From Chiloscyllium plagiosum (taxonomy: Eukaryota): a stretch of 64,000 nucleotides of DNA. The notes below the pieces were generated by a model. That model had not been told where the DNA came from, did not search any database, and saw nothing but the letters and a program-made list of their open reading frames with translations. This document shows positions 38,156 to 50,289 of the stretch, piece by piece (the stretch's first letter is position 1; every line of letters starts with the position of its first letter). The stretch lies in contig NW_025215293.1 in NCBI RefSeq assembly GCF_004010195.1, positions 20,372 through 84,371 of the forward strand. The letters are read 5' to 3'. A program made the translations under genes and the position numbers.

Positions 38156-39552
38156 CTATTCAAATCCACACCAGACCCAATCCAGCCTGTGTGTTAAGCG
38201 CACTCAAGTCAATGCTGGGCCCTCTCAAGACTGCAATGGGCCCACATGAGTCTGCCTGGTTCTTCTTGAGTCCATCTGGGCCCTCTTGTATATGTTCTGG
38301 GCCCTCCCGAGACCACACTGGGTCCTCTCAAGTTCGCTCTGGGCCCACCAAGTCCATCTGGGATGCACTCAAGTCCACACTGGGCATACTCAAATCTGCA
38401 ATATGGACACTCAAATCTGCACTGGGCCCTCTCAAATCCACACTGGGCCCTCTCAATCCACACTGGGCCCATTCAAATCTGCACTGGGCTCACCAAATCC
38501 GCATTGCGCCCATTCAGATCTGCAATGGGATCACTCAAATCTCTTACAGGAACACTCAAACATGCACTAGATCCACTCAAATCTGCACTGGACCCTCTCA
38601 AATCCACAATGGGTCCTCTCAGATCCACAGTGGGCCCATTCAAATACGCACTGGGCCCATTCAGATCCGCAATGGGATCACTCAAATCTCTTACAGGAAC
38701 ACTCAACCATGCACTAGATCCACTCAAATCTGCACTGGACCCTCTCAAATCCACAATGGGTCCTCTCAGATCCACAGTGGGCCCATTCAAATACGCACTG
38801 GGCCCATTCAGATCCGCAATGGGATCACTCAAATCTGCAACAGGGTCACTCAAACCTGCACTGGATCCACTCAAATCCGCACTGGGCCCATTCAAATCTG
38901 CACTGGGCCCATTCAAATCCACATTGGGCCCACTCAAATCCACCCTGGGCTCACTCAAATCCACCCTGGGCTCACTTAAATCCACACTGGGCTCACTCAA
39001 ATCCACACTGGGCTCACTCAAATCCACACTGGGCCTTCTCATATCCGCACTGGGACCACTCAGATCCATACTGGGCCCACTCAACTCTATGTTGGGCCCT
39101 CTCAAGTCTGCACTCAGCTTACTCAAGTCCCACACTGGGCCCCCTTGAGTCCACACTAGATCCATCTGAGTCTGCACTCGGCCCATTCAAATCCACGCCA
39201 GACCCAACTGGGTGTGTGCTGGGTCCACTCAAGTCTATGCTGGGTCCTCTCGATTCAGCAGTGGGCCTACTAGAGTCCATCTGGGCTCTCTTCTGCCTGT
39301 TCTGGGTCCTCTCGGGTCTGTCTGGGCCTTCTCAGGTTCATCTGGGACCCACTTGAGTCTGCATTGTGCCGGCTCAAGTCTGCGCTGGGCCCACTCAGTC
39401 CACACTGGGCCCACTCTAGTTTGCACTGAGGCCACTCAAATCCATACTGGGCCGACTCAAATCTGCACTGAGCCCACTCGATTCCACGCTGGGCCCTCTC
39501 AAGTCCATCTGAGACCCACTCAGGTCTGCGCTGGGCCCTCTTGAGTCCGCTA

Positions 39553-40707
39553 GATGAAAGTGAGGACTGTAGATGCTGGAGATCAGAGTCAAGATTAGAG
39601 TGGTGCTGGAAACGCACAGCAGGTCAGGCAGCATCCGAAGAGCAGGAAAATCAACGTTCCAGGCCAAAGCTCTTCATCAGGAATGAGACAGGGAGCCTCT
39701 GGGATGGAGAGATAAATGGGAGGGGGATGGGGCTGGGGAGAAGGTAGCTGAGAGTGCAATAGGTGGATGGAGGTGGGGGTAAAGGTGATAGGTCAGAGGG
39801 GAGGGTGGAGCAGATAGGTGGGAAGGAAGGTAGACAGATGGGACAGGTCATGGGGACAGTGCTGAGCTGGAAGGTTGGAACTGGGGTAAGGTGGGGGGGA
39901 GGGGGAATGAGGAAACTGGTGAAGTCCACATTGATGCCCTGGGGTTGAAGTGTTCTGAGGCGGAAGATGAGGCATTCTTCTTCCTGACGTCTGATGGTGA
40001 GGGAGTGGCAGTGGAGGAGGCCCAGGACCTCCATGTCCTCGGCAGAGTGGGAGGGGAAGTAGAAATGTTGGGCCACAGGGCGGTGTGGTTGATTGGTGCG
40101 GGTGTCCCAGAGATGTTCCCTAAAGCGCTCTGCAAGGAGGCGCCCAGTCTCCCCAATGTAGAGGAGACCGCATCAGGAGCAATGGATACAATAAATGACA
40201 TTGGTGGATGTGCAGGTAAAACATCAATGGATGTGGAAGGCTCCTTTAGGGCCTTGGATGGAGGTGAGGGGGGAGGTGTGGGCGCAGGTTTTGCAATTCC
40301 TGCGGTGGCAGGGGAAAGTGCCAGGATGGGAGGGTGGGTGTCTCCTTCTTTAAAGACCGTCATTTCTCTTCCCACATGGTTGAAGATGCCCTCCAATGCA
40401 TCTCATCCAAGTCCCATACCTTCGCCCTCAGACCCCACCCCTCCAACCGCAACAAGGACAGAACCCCCCTGGGTCCTCACCTTCCACCCTACCAACCTTC
40501 ACATAAACCACATCATCCGCTGACATTTCCACCAGCTACAAACGGACCCCACCACCAGGATATATTTCCCTCCCCCACCCCTATCTGCTTTCTGCAAAGA
40601 CCGCTCTCTCCATGACTACCTGGTCAGGTCCACGCCCCTCTACAACGCACCCTCCCGTCCTGGCACCTTCCCCTGCCACCGCAGGAATTGCAAAACCTGC
40701 ACCCACC
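39553..40707. mobile_element. Penelope-like element with internal inversion (minus GIY-YIG/terminal part 39553-40336; plus part 40337-40707)
   Basis: Minus frames read CHRRNCKTC...NVIYCIHCS*CGLLYIGETGR...RFREH (GIY-YIG) and LIFRLRTLQPQGIN. Confidence 0.9.
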
Positions 40708-40929
40708 CTGCTCAAATCCACACCAGACCCAATACAGTCTGTGTTGGGCGCACTCAAGTCTATGCTGGACCCTCTCGAGACTGCAGTGGGCCCACTTGAG
40801 TCTGCTTGGATCCTCTTGAGTCCGTCTGGACCCTCTGGTGTCTGCTCTGGGCCCATCAAATCCATCTGGGACGCACTCGAGTCCGCACTGGGCCCACTCA
40901 AATCCGCACTGGGCCCACTCAATTCCACT

Positions 40930-41096
40930 TGGTAAAAACAATGACTGCAGATGCTGGAAACCAGATTCTGGATCAGTGGTGCTGGAAGAGCACAGCAATT
41001 CAGGCAGCATCCGACGAGCAGCAAAATCGACGTTTCGGGCAAAAGCCCTTCATCAGGAATAAAGGCAGAGAGCCTGAAGCGTGGAGAGATAAGCTA
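40930..41096 (-). mobile_element. Penelope terminal insertion with intact hammerhead core (41029-41056)
   Basis: Minus CTGATGA-AGGGC-TTTT-GCCC-GAAACGTC; GGCCCACTCAATTC on both flanks (ambiguous inside satellite). Confidence 0.85.
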
Positions 41097-42346
41097 GGCC
41101 CACTCAATTCTACGCTGGGCCCTCTCAAGTCTGCACTGAACTTACTCAAGTCTTGTGCTGGGCCCTTTTTGAGTCCACCCTGGAGCCATTTGAGTCCACA
41201 CTAGGCTCATTCAAATCCACACCAGACCCAAATGAGTCAGCTGGGCCCGATCCAGTAGGTGCTCTCAAGTCTGTCCTGGACCCACTCGAGTCTGTGCTGG
41301 GCCCACTTGAGTCTGTGCTGAGCCCACTCAAGTCTGTGCTGGGCTCTCTCGAGCCTGTGCTGGGCCCACTCAAGTCTGTGCTGGGCCCACTTGAGTCTGT
41401 GCTGGGCCCACTCAAGTCTGTGCTGGGCTCTCTCAAGCCTATGCTGGGCCCACTTGCATCCACACTGGACCCACTCAAGTCTGTGCTGGACACACTCAGG
41501 TCTGTGCTGGACCCACTTGAGTCTGTGCAGATTTGAGCAGGGCCCAGTGTGGACTCGAGTGAACCCATTGCGTAGTTGAGTGAGCCCAGTGCGGATTTGA
41601 GCAGGCCCAGTGCGGATTTGTGTGGGCCCAGTGTGGATTTGAGTGTGCCCAGTGTGGATTTGAGTGGGCCCAGTGTGGATTTGAGTGGGCCTATTACGTA
41701 TTTGTGTGGGCTCTGTGCTGGACCCACTCGAGACTGTGCTGGGTTCACTCAAGTCTGTGCTGGGCCCACTCAAGTCTGTACTGGGCTCACCCAAGTCTGT
41801 GCTGGACCCACTCAAGTCTGTGCTGGGCCCACTCGAGTCTGTGCTGGACCCACTCAAGTCTGTGCTGGACCCACTCAGATCTGTGCTGGACCCACTTGAG
41901 TCTGTGCTGGGCCCACTCGAGTCTATAACGGGTCTACTTGAGTCCACAATGGGCCCACATGAGTCCACCCTGGGCCCACATGAGTCCACACTGGGCTTAC
42001 TCCAGTCCCTGCTGGGATTCCTTACCATTGCTGATGGTAAGTAAAAGGAAGTGTGTAACGTAAAGGGGAAAAAACAAGAGAAGAGAAAAAAGGAAAAGTG
42101 GTCAGAGGGAATGAGCCCTGACACCGAAGCTTTAATGCATCAAGATGGAAATGTTAAGTCCTGGGGTACTGATGGCCTTTTGCAAAGAAACAGGGAGACT
42201 AGTTGATACCAAGCATCAGTCATTGAACAACGAGTCTGTGTTATTAGACCAACTAAGATCAGGAATTTAACTAACGTTGAACTGGGATGGAGACTGTTTC
42301 TGTTTCTGTTTCTGTTCACTGTTTGTCCACACTGTTAGATCAACCA

Positions 42347-42489
42347 GGAGAAAGTGAGGATGCTGGAGATCAGAGCTGAAAAATGTGTTGCTGGAAAAGC
42401 GCAGCAGGTCAGGCAGCATCAAAGGAGCAGGAGAATCGACGTTTCGGGCATAAGCCCTTCAGGAATTCAGGATTCCTGAAGAAAGGCTT
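42347..42489 (-). mobile_element. Penelope-derived short insertion, HHR core with 3-nt deletion
   Basis: TCGACGTTTCGGGCATAAGCCCTTCAGG; imperfect flanking duplication CACACTGTT(A/C)GATC. Confidence 0.75.
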
Positions 42490-42699
42490 CACACTGTTCG
42501 ATCGCCTTGCGTTTGCAAGAAAGAAACTCAAACCCCTGGCTTTCAACTGTGTCCCTGTTCATGGTCACAAGAAAACATTTAGCATTGAACGAAAAGCTGT
42601 GCTTGACATTAGTCAGGTCACAGCTGGAGGACTGCTCCCTATACGCTACAGGAAGGATGTGATTGTGTGAGAGAGAATGCAGTGGAGAATCACCAGGAT

Positions 42700-43050
42700 C
42701 ATAGAATCCCTACAGTGTGGGGCAGGCCATTCAGCCCGACACCAACCCTCCGAAGAGTAACCCACCCAGACCCATTCCCCTTACCTTATTACTTTTACAT
42801 TTCCTCCGAATAGTGCAGCTAACCTAAACCTCCCTGGGTATAATTTGGCATGGCCCATTCACACATCCCCGAACACTATGGGACAATGTAGCATGGCCAA
42901 ATCGCCTAATCTGCACCTCTTTGGAGTGTTGGAAGAAGCCAGAGCACAGCCACACAGGGAGAACGTGCAAACTCCACACAGACAGTCGCTCGAGGCTGGA
43001 ATCGAACCCAGGTCCCTGGCGCTGTGAGGCCACTGAGCCACCATGCCACC
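42700..43050 (-). mobile_element. HE1 SINE inside a degraded CR1 (~42620-43450)
   Basis: GGAATCGAACCCAGG, ACGTGCAAACTCCACAC. Confidence 0.8.
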
Positions 43051-43509
43051 CAATAACGCTCAGGGTGTTGTCTGAGATTCAGTTGCGAAGAGAGACAAGA
43101 TAGGGCTGAGGTTGTTTCCTTTAGAGTAGAGAAGGGGTCACCTGATTGAGGTGTACAAAGTCCTTTCTCCTTAATTAGATGGGTCAGTAACCAAGGGGCA
43201 CAGCTTTAAGGTAAGCAGCAGGAGGTGTCGAGAGGATTTGTGGAGATTTTCTTTCACCAAAAGGGCAATGGGTGTCTGGAACTTAGGGCCTGAAAGAGTA
43301 GTTGAGATGGGAACCCTCAAAGACCTAATTTATTGAACATAGCGTGCACGGCTAAGTGCTGGGAAATGGGATGAGAAGAGGTAGGTATTTATGACTGTCA
43401 CAGGCATGGTGAGCTGAAGGGCCATTTCCAGTGATGTACACACTCCGTGACTCTAGGAGTCAGAACGCCAGTAATCAAACCATAGCTCCCACAGTGGGAA
43501 GTGACGTCA

Positions 43510-44000
43510 CACAGTCATAGAGTCATCCAGCGCGGAAACAGACCCTTCGACTCAACCAATCCATGCTGACCGTAATCCCAAATTAAACAAGTCCTACCTG
43601 CCTGCTCCTGCCCCATATCCCTCCAAACCTTTCCTATTTATGAACTTATCCAATTGTCTTTTGGTTGCAAATAGACCTGCATCCACCATTTTCTCTGGCA
43701 GTTGAATCCACATACGGACCACTGTGTAGGAAAGTTGCCCCTCATGTCCTTTTAAAAACTATCTCCTCAGCTTTAACAATATGCCCCCTGGTAGTGAACC
43801 CCTCCACCCTCGGGAAAATACCCTTGCTATTTGCCTTCTCTACACCCCTCACGATTTTATCAGCTTTGACAGGGGCGGGGGGGGGGGGGGGGGTCACCCC
43901 TCAATCTCCTAAGCTCCAGCGAGTAAAAGGCCCACCCTCTCCTTATAACGCAAATTTGCCATTCCTGGCAATGACCTGTTTTCTGAACCCTCTCTAGTCA
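43510..44000 (-). mobile_element. CR1 3' fragment
   Basis: GTCATAGAGTCAT tail, CCATATCCCTCCAAACC. Confidence 0.8.
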
Positions 44001-44654
44001 GGGGCAATCAGCTAGCTTTCTCTTGCCGATAGAATCCCCACAGTGTAGAGGCCATTTGGCCCATCAAGTCCATGCTGACACAACCCTCCACCCTATCCCA
44101 TCTCCATTCTGGTAACCCTGTGGCTATACCCACTTGGACTTCACGGTGCAGGGCAATTTAGCGCAGCCAATCCACATAAGCTGCACGTTTTTGGAAACTG
44201 GAATGCCTGGAGGGAATCCACACGGACACAGGGTAGGAATCGAACCCTGGTGTTGCGAGGCAGCAGCAATAACCGCTGAGCCGCCTGTAATAAATCCTCC
44301 TTCCTTGACCGGGAAATGGTTTACCAGAGCAGGCACCTGAATACAAACCAGTGACCCCCTGATTGCTCTGCATCAGGCCCAACATATCAAGAAATATCCC
44401 CCTTCCTTCTCAAAGCATCCTTGCGCGATGGTGCTTTCGATGACTTGAGAATCAAAGTTTCTTCAGTTCGGGAGGGATGCAAACTCGCACCTTTTGAAAA
44501 TTAACCCGGGTTTCTGGTGTTCACATCTCATAAGGTCATCGCAACATAGCCAAACTGCTCCCAAACACTAGCCCACTCACTGGCTCAGCCATTGCTGCTG
44601 TTACCAACTCACTCCTGGATATTCACCTGAAAAAGAGAACACCTCTCTCTAACA

Positions 44655-44952
44655 GTGGTTAGCACTGCTGCCTCACAGCGCCAGAGATCCGGGTTCAATT
44701 CCCGCCTCAGGCGACTGACTGTGTGGAGTTTGCACATTCTCCCGTGTCTGCGTGGGTTTCCTCCGGGTGCTCCGGTTTCCTCCTACAGTCCAAAGATGTG
44801 CAGGTCAGGTGAATTGGCCATGCTAAATTGCCCGCAGTGTTAGGTAAGGGGTAGATGTAGGGGTATGGATGGGTTGCGCTTCGGCGGGTCGGTGTGGACT
44901 TGTTGGGCCGAAGGGCCTGTTTCCACACTGTAAGTAATCTAATCTAATCTAA
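44655..44952 (+). mobile_element. Young HE1 SINE
   Basis: Near-identical to 53795-54108; (CTAAT)n tail. Confidence 0.93.
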
Positions 44953-45364
44953 ACTTGGACACGCAAGACTACATTTCAGGCGTATTTAGACGGAAGAGCT
45001 GGTCAGTGGGAAACGGAATTCAATCCTGATAAATGTGAGAGAACAAGGCAAGGGAAGACAGGATGAACAGCTGTGAATTGTTTCACTGTCTCCTTAATGG
45101 CTGCTAGACCTTTTTCAAATCAAAAAAACCTCTCAGATTTGTTTTAACTCCATGACTCCAATTGCTGCGCCGCTCCTTGAACTGACATCTTCAAAACATT
45201 ACACCAAATTTCCGGATTATTAGTCGAATAATTGCCATTACGATGCCACTGTCCTCTTCTCCTCCAACCCCACCCACCAGAAATAAAGTCATGAAGTCAC
45301 ACAGTCACACCTTGGTTATGGAGAGAGATAGGTGCGTGCAACAGGGTAGGTTTTACAATTGGGG

Positions 45365-46120
45365 GGAAGGGTAATTACGATGCTGTAAGACAGGATCTGA
45401 GGAGCATAAGTTGGGAGCATAGGCTGCCAGGGAAGGATGTCGTGGAAACGTGGAACTTTTTCAAGGAACAGATGCGACGTGTCCTTGATATGTAAAAAAA
45501 AATTCTTTTTAAGGTGAAGGGTGGAAGGTATAGGGGAGATGTCAGGGGTGGGTTCTTTACCCAGAGAGTGGTGGGGGCATGGAATGCGCTGCCTGTGGGA
45601 GTGGCAGAGTCAGAATCATTGGTGACCTTTAAGCGGCAATTGGATAGGTACATGGATGGGTGCTTAAGCTAGGACAAATGTTCGGCACAATATCGTGGGC
45701 CGAAGGGCCTGTTCTGTGCTGTATTGTTCTATGTTCTATGTTCTATGTACAGCCCGGGAACAGACCATTCTAATCATCAGCCCCAAACTGAACCAGTCCC
45801 TCCTGCCTGCTCCTGGCCCATATCCCTCCAAAGCCTTTCCTCGTCATGAACTTATCCAAATGTCTTCTGAATCTTGTAACCATACCCGCATCCACCACTT
45901 CGGGACGTTCATTCCACACACGAGCCAGCCTCTGTGTAGACACAAATGTCTTTTTTGAATCTTTCTCCTCTCACCTTAAAAATGTGCTCCCTTGTCATGC
46001 AATCATAGGGGAAGGCCATCTGCCATTCACCTTCTCCATACCCCGTTTGATAAACCTCTATAAGGTTATCCCCAACCGCCTAGATTCTAGTCCCAGCCTC
46101 TCCCCGATAACTCAAAGCAT
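45365..46120. mobile_element. Two tail-to-tail CR1 fragments (+ 45365-45745, internally deleted; - 45750-46120)
   Basis: FFTQRVVGAWNALP...FKRQLDRYM with (TTCTATG)n tail, then an inverted CR1 3' end. Confidence 0.75.
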
Positions 46121-46355
46121 TTCTAAGAAGTTCTGAAGAGAAGTCATCGTCTAAGATTTAAGGGTCACCTCTTCCTGATGTTGCTTCCGCCAGCAGTTTC
46201 CGATTTCATTGCAGATTCCCAACTTCTCCAGTGTTTTGCTTTCGCTTCTAAGGAGTAAATTGTAGAAAGAGGCACGTGCGTGGGCTCAGGACTGTAGCGC
46301 TGTGTCCTGAGTACTAGCACGAATGTCTTGGTATTTTTGAGTATTAGAAGTTGCT

Positions 46356-46448
46356 GAAAATGTGTTGCTGGAAAAGCGCAGCAGGTCAGGCAGCATCCAG
46401 GGAACAGGAGAATCGACGTTTCGGGCATAAGCCCTTCTTCAGGAAGGC
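46356..46448 (-). mobile_element. Penelope-derived short insertion with intact hammerhead core (46415-46442)
   Basis: Minus CTGAAGA-AGGGC-TTAT-GCCC-GAAACGTC; 12-bp duplication TTAGAAGTTGCT (46344-55 / 46449-60). Confidence 0.88.
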
Positions 46449-46759
46449 TTAGAAGTTGCTATTCATTACATTAATATTCTTAGTGCTCAACATTTTAAGA
46501 GCAGGATTGCTAAATATGAATATTGGCTGTGGATTAGGTTGCAGTAAGTCGATTCTCCTGTTCCCTGGATGCTGCCTGACCTGCTGCGCTTTTCCAGCAA
46601 CACATTTTCAGCTACTAGCACGAATGATAAAGCAAAGAAAACAATTGAGGTGTTTGTAAACTGGATGGGTCATTAGATCTGTAAGACTGTAGTCATTTCC
46701 CCTTTTCTTTCAAGAAAAAGCTTCATTTCCATTGGAAACAGTTCCCCGAAAGATGGTTC

Positions 46760-47890
46760 ACTTGGATGATCCCTATTGTCGAGGGATTAACTATCGAGTA
46801 AACGCGAAATAGCCTGGGCCTCTACTCACTGGAATTTAGAAGAACGAGAGGTCATTCTGTTGGAACATATCAGATTCTTAAGGGGCTTGACAGGGTCAAT
46901 GTTGAGAGGATGTTCCCCCCTCATGGGTGAGTCTAGGGCCAGAGGGCATTGTCTCACAATAAAGGGGCACCAATTTAAGACTGCGATGAGGAGGAATTTC
47001 TTCTCTCGAAAGGTTGTGAGTCTTTGGAACTCATTCTCGCAGTGAGCTGTGGGGGCACTGTCTGTGTGTGCGTTTCAAACAGAGAGATAGACTCTTGATC
47101 AGTCAGGGAATCAAGGATTACGGAGCAAAGGCAGGCCTTATGGACAGGAGGAATTGGATCAGTGAAGCAGGCTGAGGGGATGAGTGGCCTCCCCTTACAG
47201 TGCTCTGATCTTAGCGGAGTGATGACCTGATAAGACCATAACACCATAAGACAGAGGAGCGGAAGCAAGGCCATTCGGCCCACCGAGTCCACTCCGCCAT
47301 TTAATCATGGCTGATGGGCATTTCAACACCACTTACCCACACTCTCCCTGTAGCCCTTAATTCATTGCGAGATCAAGAATTTATCAATCTCTGCCTTGAA
47401 GACATTTCTCGTCCCGGCCTCCACTGCGATCCGTGGCAATGAATTCCACAGGCCCACCACTCTCCGGTGAAGAAATGTCTCCTCATTTCCATTCTACATT
47501 GACCCCCTCTAATTCTAAGGCTGTACCCACAGGCCCTAGTATCCCCCCCTGACAGCAACAAATTCTTAGCATCCATTCTTTTTAAGCCATGCGTTGTCTT
47601 GTAAGTTTCTGTTAGATCTCTCCTCAACCTTCTAAACTTTATTGAGTATAATCCCAGGATTCTCAGCCATTCATCATATGTTCGGCCTACCGTTCCAGGG
47701 ACCATCCATGTGAATCTCCTCTGGACACGCTCCAGTGCCAGTATGTCCTTCCTGTGGGGCCCTAAACTGAACACAGTATTCTAAATGGGGCCTAACTAGA
47801 GCTTTATAATGTCTCAGAAGCACATTCAAACCCTCTTGAGATAAATAACAACATTACATTTGCTTTCTTAATCACGGACTCAACCTGCAA
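46760..47890. mobile_element. Tail-to-tail CR1 3' fragments (+ to ~47220; - from ~47230)
   Basis: GESRARGHCLTIKG..RRNFFS and DILALERVQRRFTWMVPG. Confidence 0.8.
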
Positions 47891-48371
47891 CCTGAGAAGT
47901 CAAAAGATCTGGGTTCAAATCCCACCTGGCTCAGATGTTTCTCTGAGTAGATCGATCAAAAAGTGAAGGTTTAAAAGATAGCTGTGTCATCATTATTTCT
48001 GATACTAGACACCTTAGTGAACGGAATTTTAACCCCTCTCCCAGAGCTACCGCATTTGACATCTGAACTCCTATTTTCAGACCATAAATCCAGATGAAGC
48101 ATTTTTATTCCAGAAAATACTTAAAGGGTTCAACACCTTCCTTTTCCTTCATTTACTCCATGAATCTCAAGATCCATCCTCAATATTTTTAGCCACTTTA
48201 TAAACTTTCTTCTTCCCCCGTTCAAACTCTGCTGTATTCATAGAATTTGTAAAAGTGCATTGCTATGTATTTTCTCTTGGTAATGACAGAAAGTGCAATA
48301 GAATGTAACTTGTCCATAGACAGCATGTTCCCCTGTGATAAAAGCAACGTACTGTGGATACTGGAAACCAG

Positions 48372-48626
48372 ACGCGCGCGCGTACACACACACACACACG
48401 CACACAGACACACAGACACACACACATACACACACACATGCATACACACACATACACACACACGCACACACACGCACACACGTACACACACATACACACA
48501 CGCACACACGTACACACATACACGCACACACACACGTACACACACACACGCATACACACACACACACACGCACACGCACACACGCACACACGTACACACA
48601 TACACGCACACACTCACGCACACACA
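48372..48626. repeat. Degenerate (CA)n microsatellite
   Basis: Visible directly. Confidence 0.95.
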
Positions 48627-48729
48627 GAGATTGCTGGTGTAACTCGGCAGGACAGATCAGCATCTGTGCAGAATGAATCTTCAGGTGTGAATCTTCTTCA
48701 GAACTGTTCTTCACTTCAGAGTTCACTAT

Positions 48730-49755
48730 TGCCAGGGTACGAAAGCGAGTCCTGTGTTCTCGAATGCTGTAGAGTTAATGTTACAGCTGTACAAAACTTT
48801 GGTTAGGACACATTTCAAATATTGCGTGCTGTTCTGGTCACCACACTGCCAGGTTTACCAGGATGCTCTCTGCACTGGGAGACCACTCATGAGGAGATGT
48901 TGGATAGACTTGAATTGTTTCCATCAGAAAGATGGAGGCTGAGGAGCGACCTGATAGAGGGCTACAAAATCATGAGAGGCATAGATACGGTGGATAGTCA
49001 GAGGCTTTTTCCCAGGGTGGAAAGGTCAACTACAACAGACCATAAGGCCATAGGAGCAGAAATTAGGCCATTCAGCCCATCGACTGTGCTTCGCCATTCT
49101 ATCATGGCTGATAGGTTTCTCAACCCCATTCTCCCGCTTTCTCTCCACTACCCTTGATCCTCTTGACAATCAATAACCTATCCACCTCCTGACTCAATGA
49201 CCTGGCCTCCACAGCCTTCTATGCTAGTGAATTCCATACATTCCCCACTCTCTGGCTGAAGACGTTTCTCCTTATCTCTGTTTGAAAAGCTCTTCCCTTT
49301 CCTCTAAGGCTGTGCCCTCGGGTCCTAGTCCCTCCTCCCAATGGGGACATCTTCCCAACATCCTCTCTGTCCAGGCCATTTGTTATTCTGGATGTTTCAA
49401 TTAGATCCTCCCTCATTCTTCTCAACTCCATTGAGTATAGTCCCAGAGTCCTCAAACATTCCTCATATGTTAAGCTTTTCATTCCTGTGACCATTCTCGT
49501 GAACCTCCTCTGAACACACTCCAGGGCCAGTACATCCTTCCTGAGATATGGGGCCCAAAACTGCACTCAATACTCCAAGTATTGTCTGACCAGAGCCTTA
49601 TAGAGCCTCAGATGAATATGCCTGCTTTTGTATTCAAGTCTTTTCAAAATAAATGCCAATATTGCATTTGCCTTCCTAACCACTGACTCAGTCTGCAAGT
49701 TTACCGTGAGAGATTCCTGGACTAGATCTCCCAAGTCTCGTTGCACTTCAGACTT
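48730..49755. mobile_element. CR1 fragments (+ 48730-49035; - 49040-49755, same subfamily as 16130-17340)
   Basis: QFWAPYLRKDVLALECVQRRFTRMVTGMKSLTYEE... Confidence 0.88.
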
Positions 49756-50289
49756 CGGAAGAGGACGCAGATTTAAGTTGTGAGGGAGAAAGTTTCAGGG
49801 AGAAATGCGGGGAAAATGTTTCCAGTGCTCGGAATGCACTGCCAGTGGAGGTGGTGGAAGCGGGTACGTCAGTAATGTTTAAGGTGTGCCTTGACACAGG
49901 AGGGAAAGGGAAGCAAACAGAGGGAGAGAAACTGCAATAAGTAGCAACTCGAAATAAGAATTGGAATCAGCGCGGACTTGGTGGGTCTGAGGGCCTGTTC
50001 CTGTGTTTTTGGTGTTGTATTCTTGAGAAGGGGTTGAAAAGCAGAAATGTGGAGATATTTCATGATTTAGGGAGTGAATGATTGGGTTTGACGCTCAGCC
50101 GAGTCCACAGGTCTCAACAGTGAAGCAAAAACGACAGAGATATACAAGATCCCAGTAAGAGCTGCAAAGCAGAAGGCTAGCAGTTGAATGACACTCGCAA
50201 AGGTGGGTGCATCCACATTGATCACTCAGAGCAATGAGGGAACTCAGCTGCATTTACCTGGATCTCCTAATTTTATCTTATTTATCGAT

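Larger units (their letters stand above)
32510..42010. repeat. Complex 21-bp satellite (consensus CACTGGGCCCACTCAAATCCR) with higher-order repeats and nested TEs
   Basis: Hundreds of diverged 21-bp units; translation gives heptads LGPLKST (+) and SVDLSGP (-). Confidence 0.95.

Noticed and set aside
32683..42124. Many 100-290 aa ORFs in the satellite as genes
   Set aside because: Generated by a stop-poor 21-bp period in several frames on both strands; interrupted by stops and TEs, so not called as CDS.
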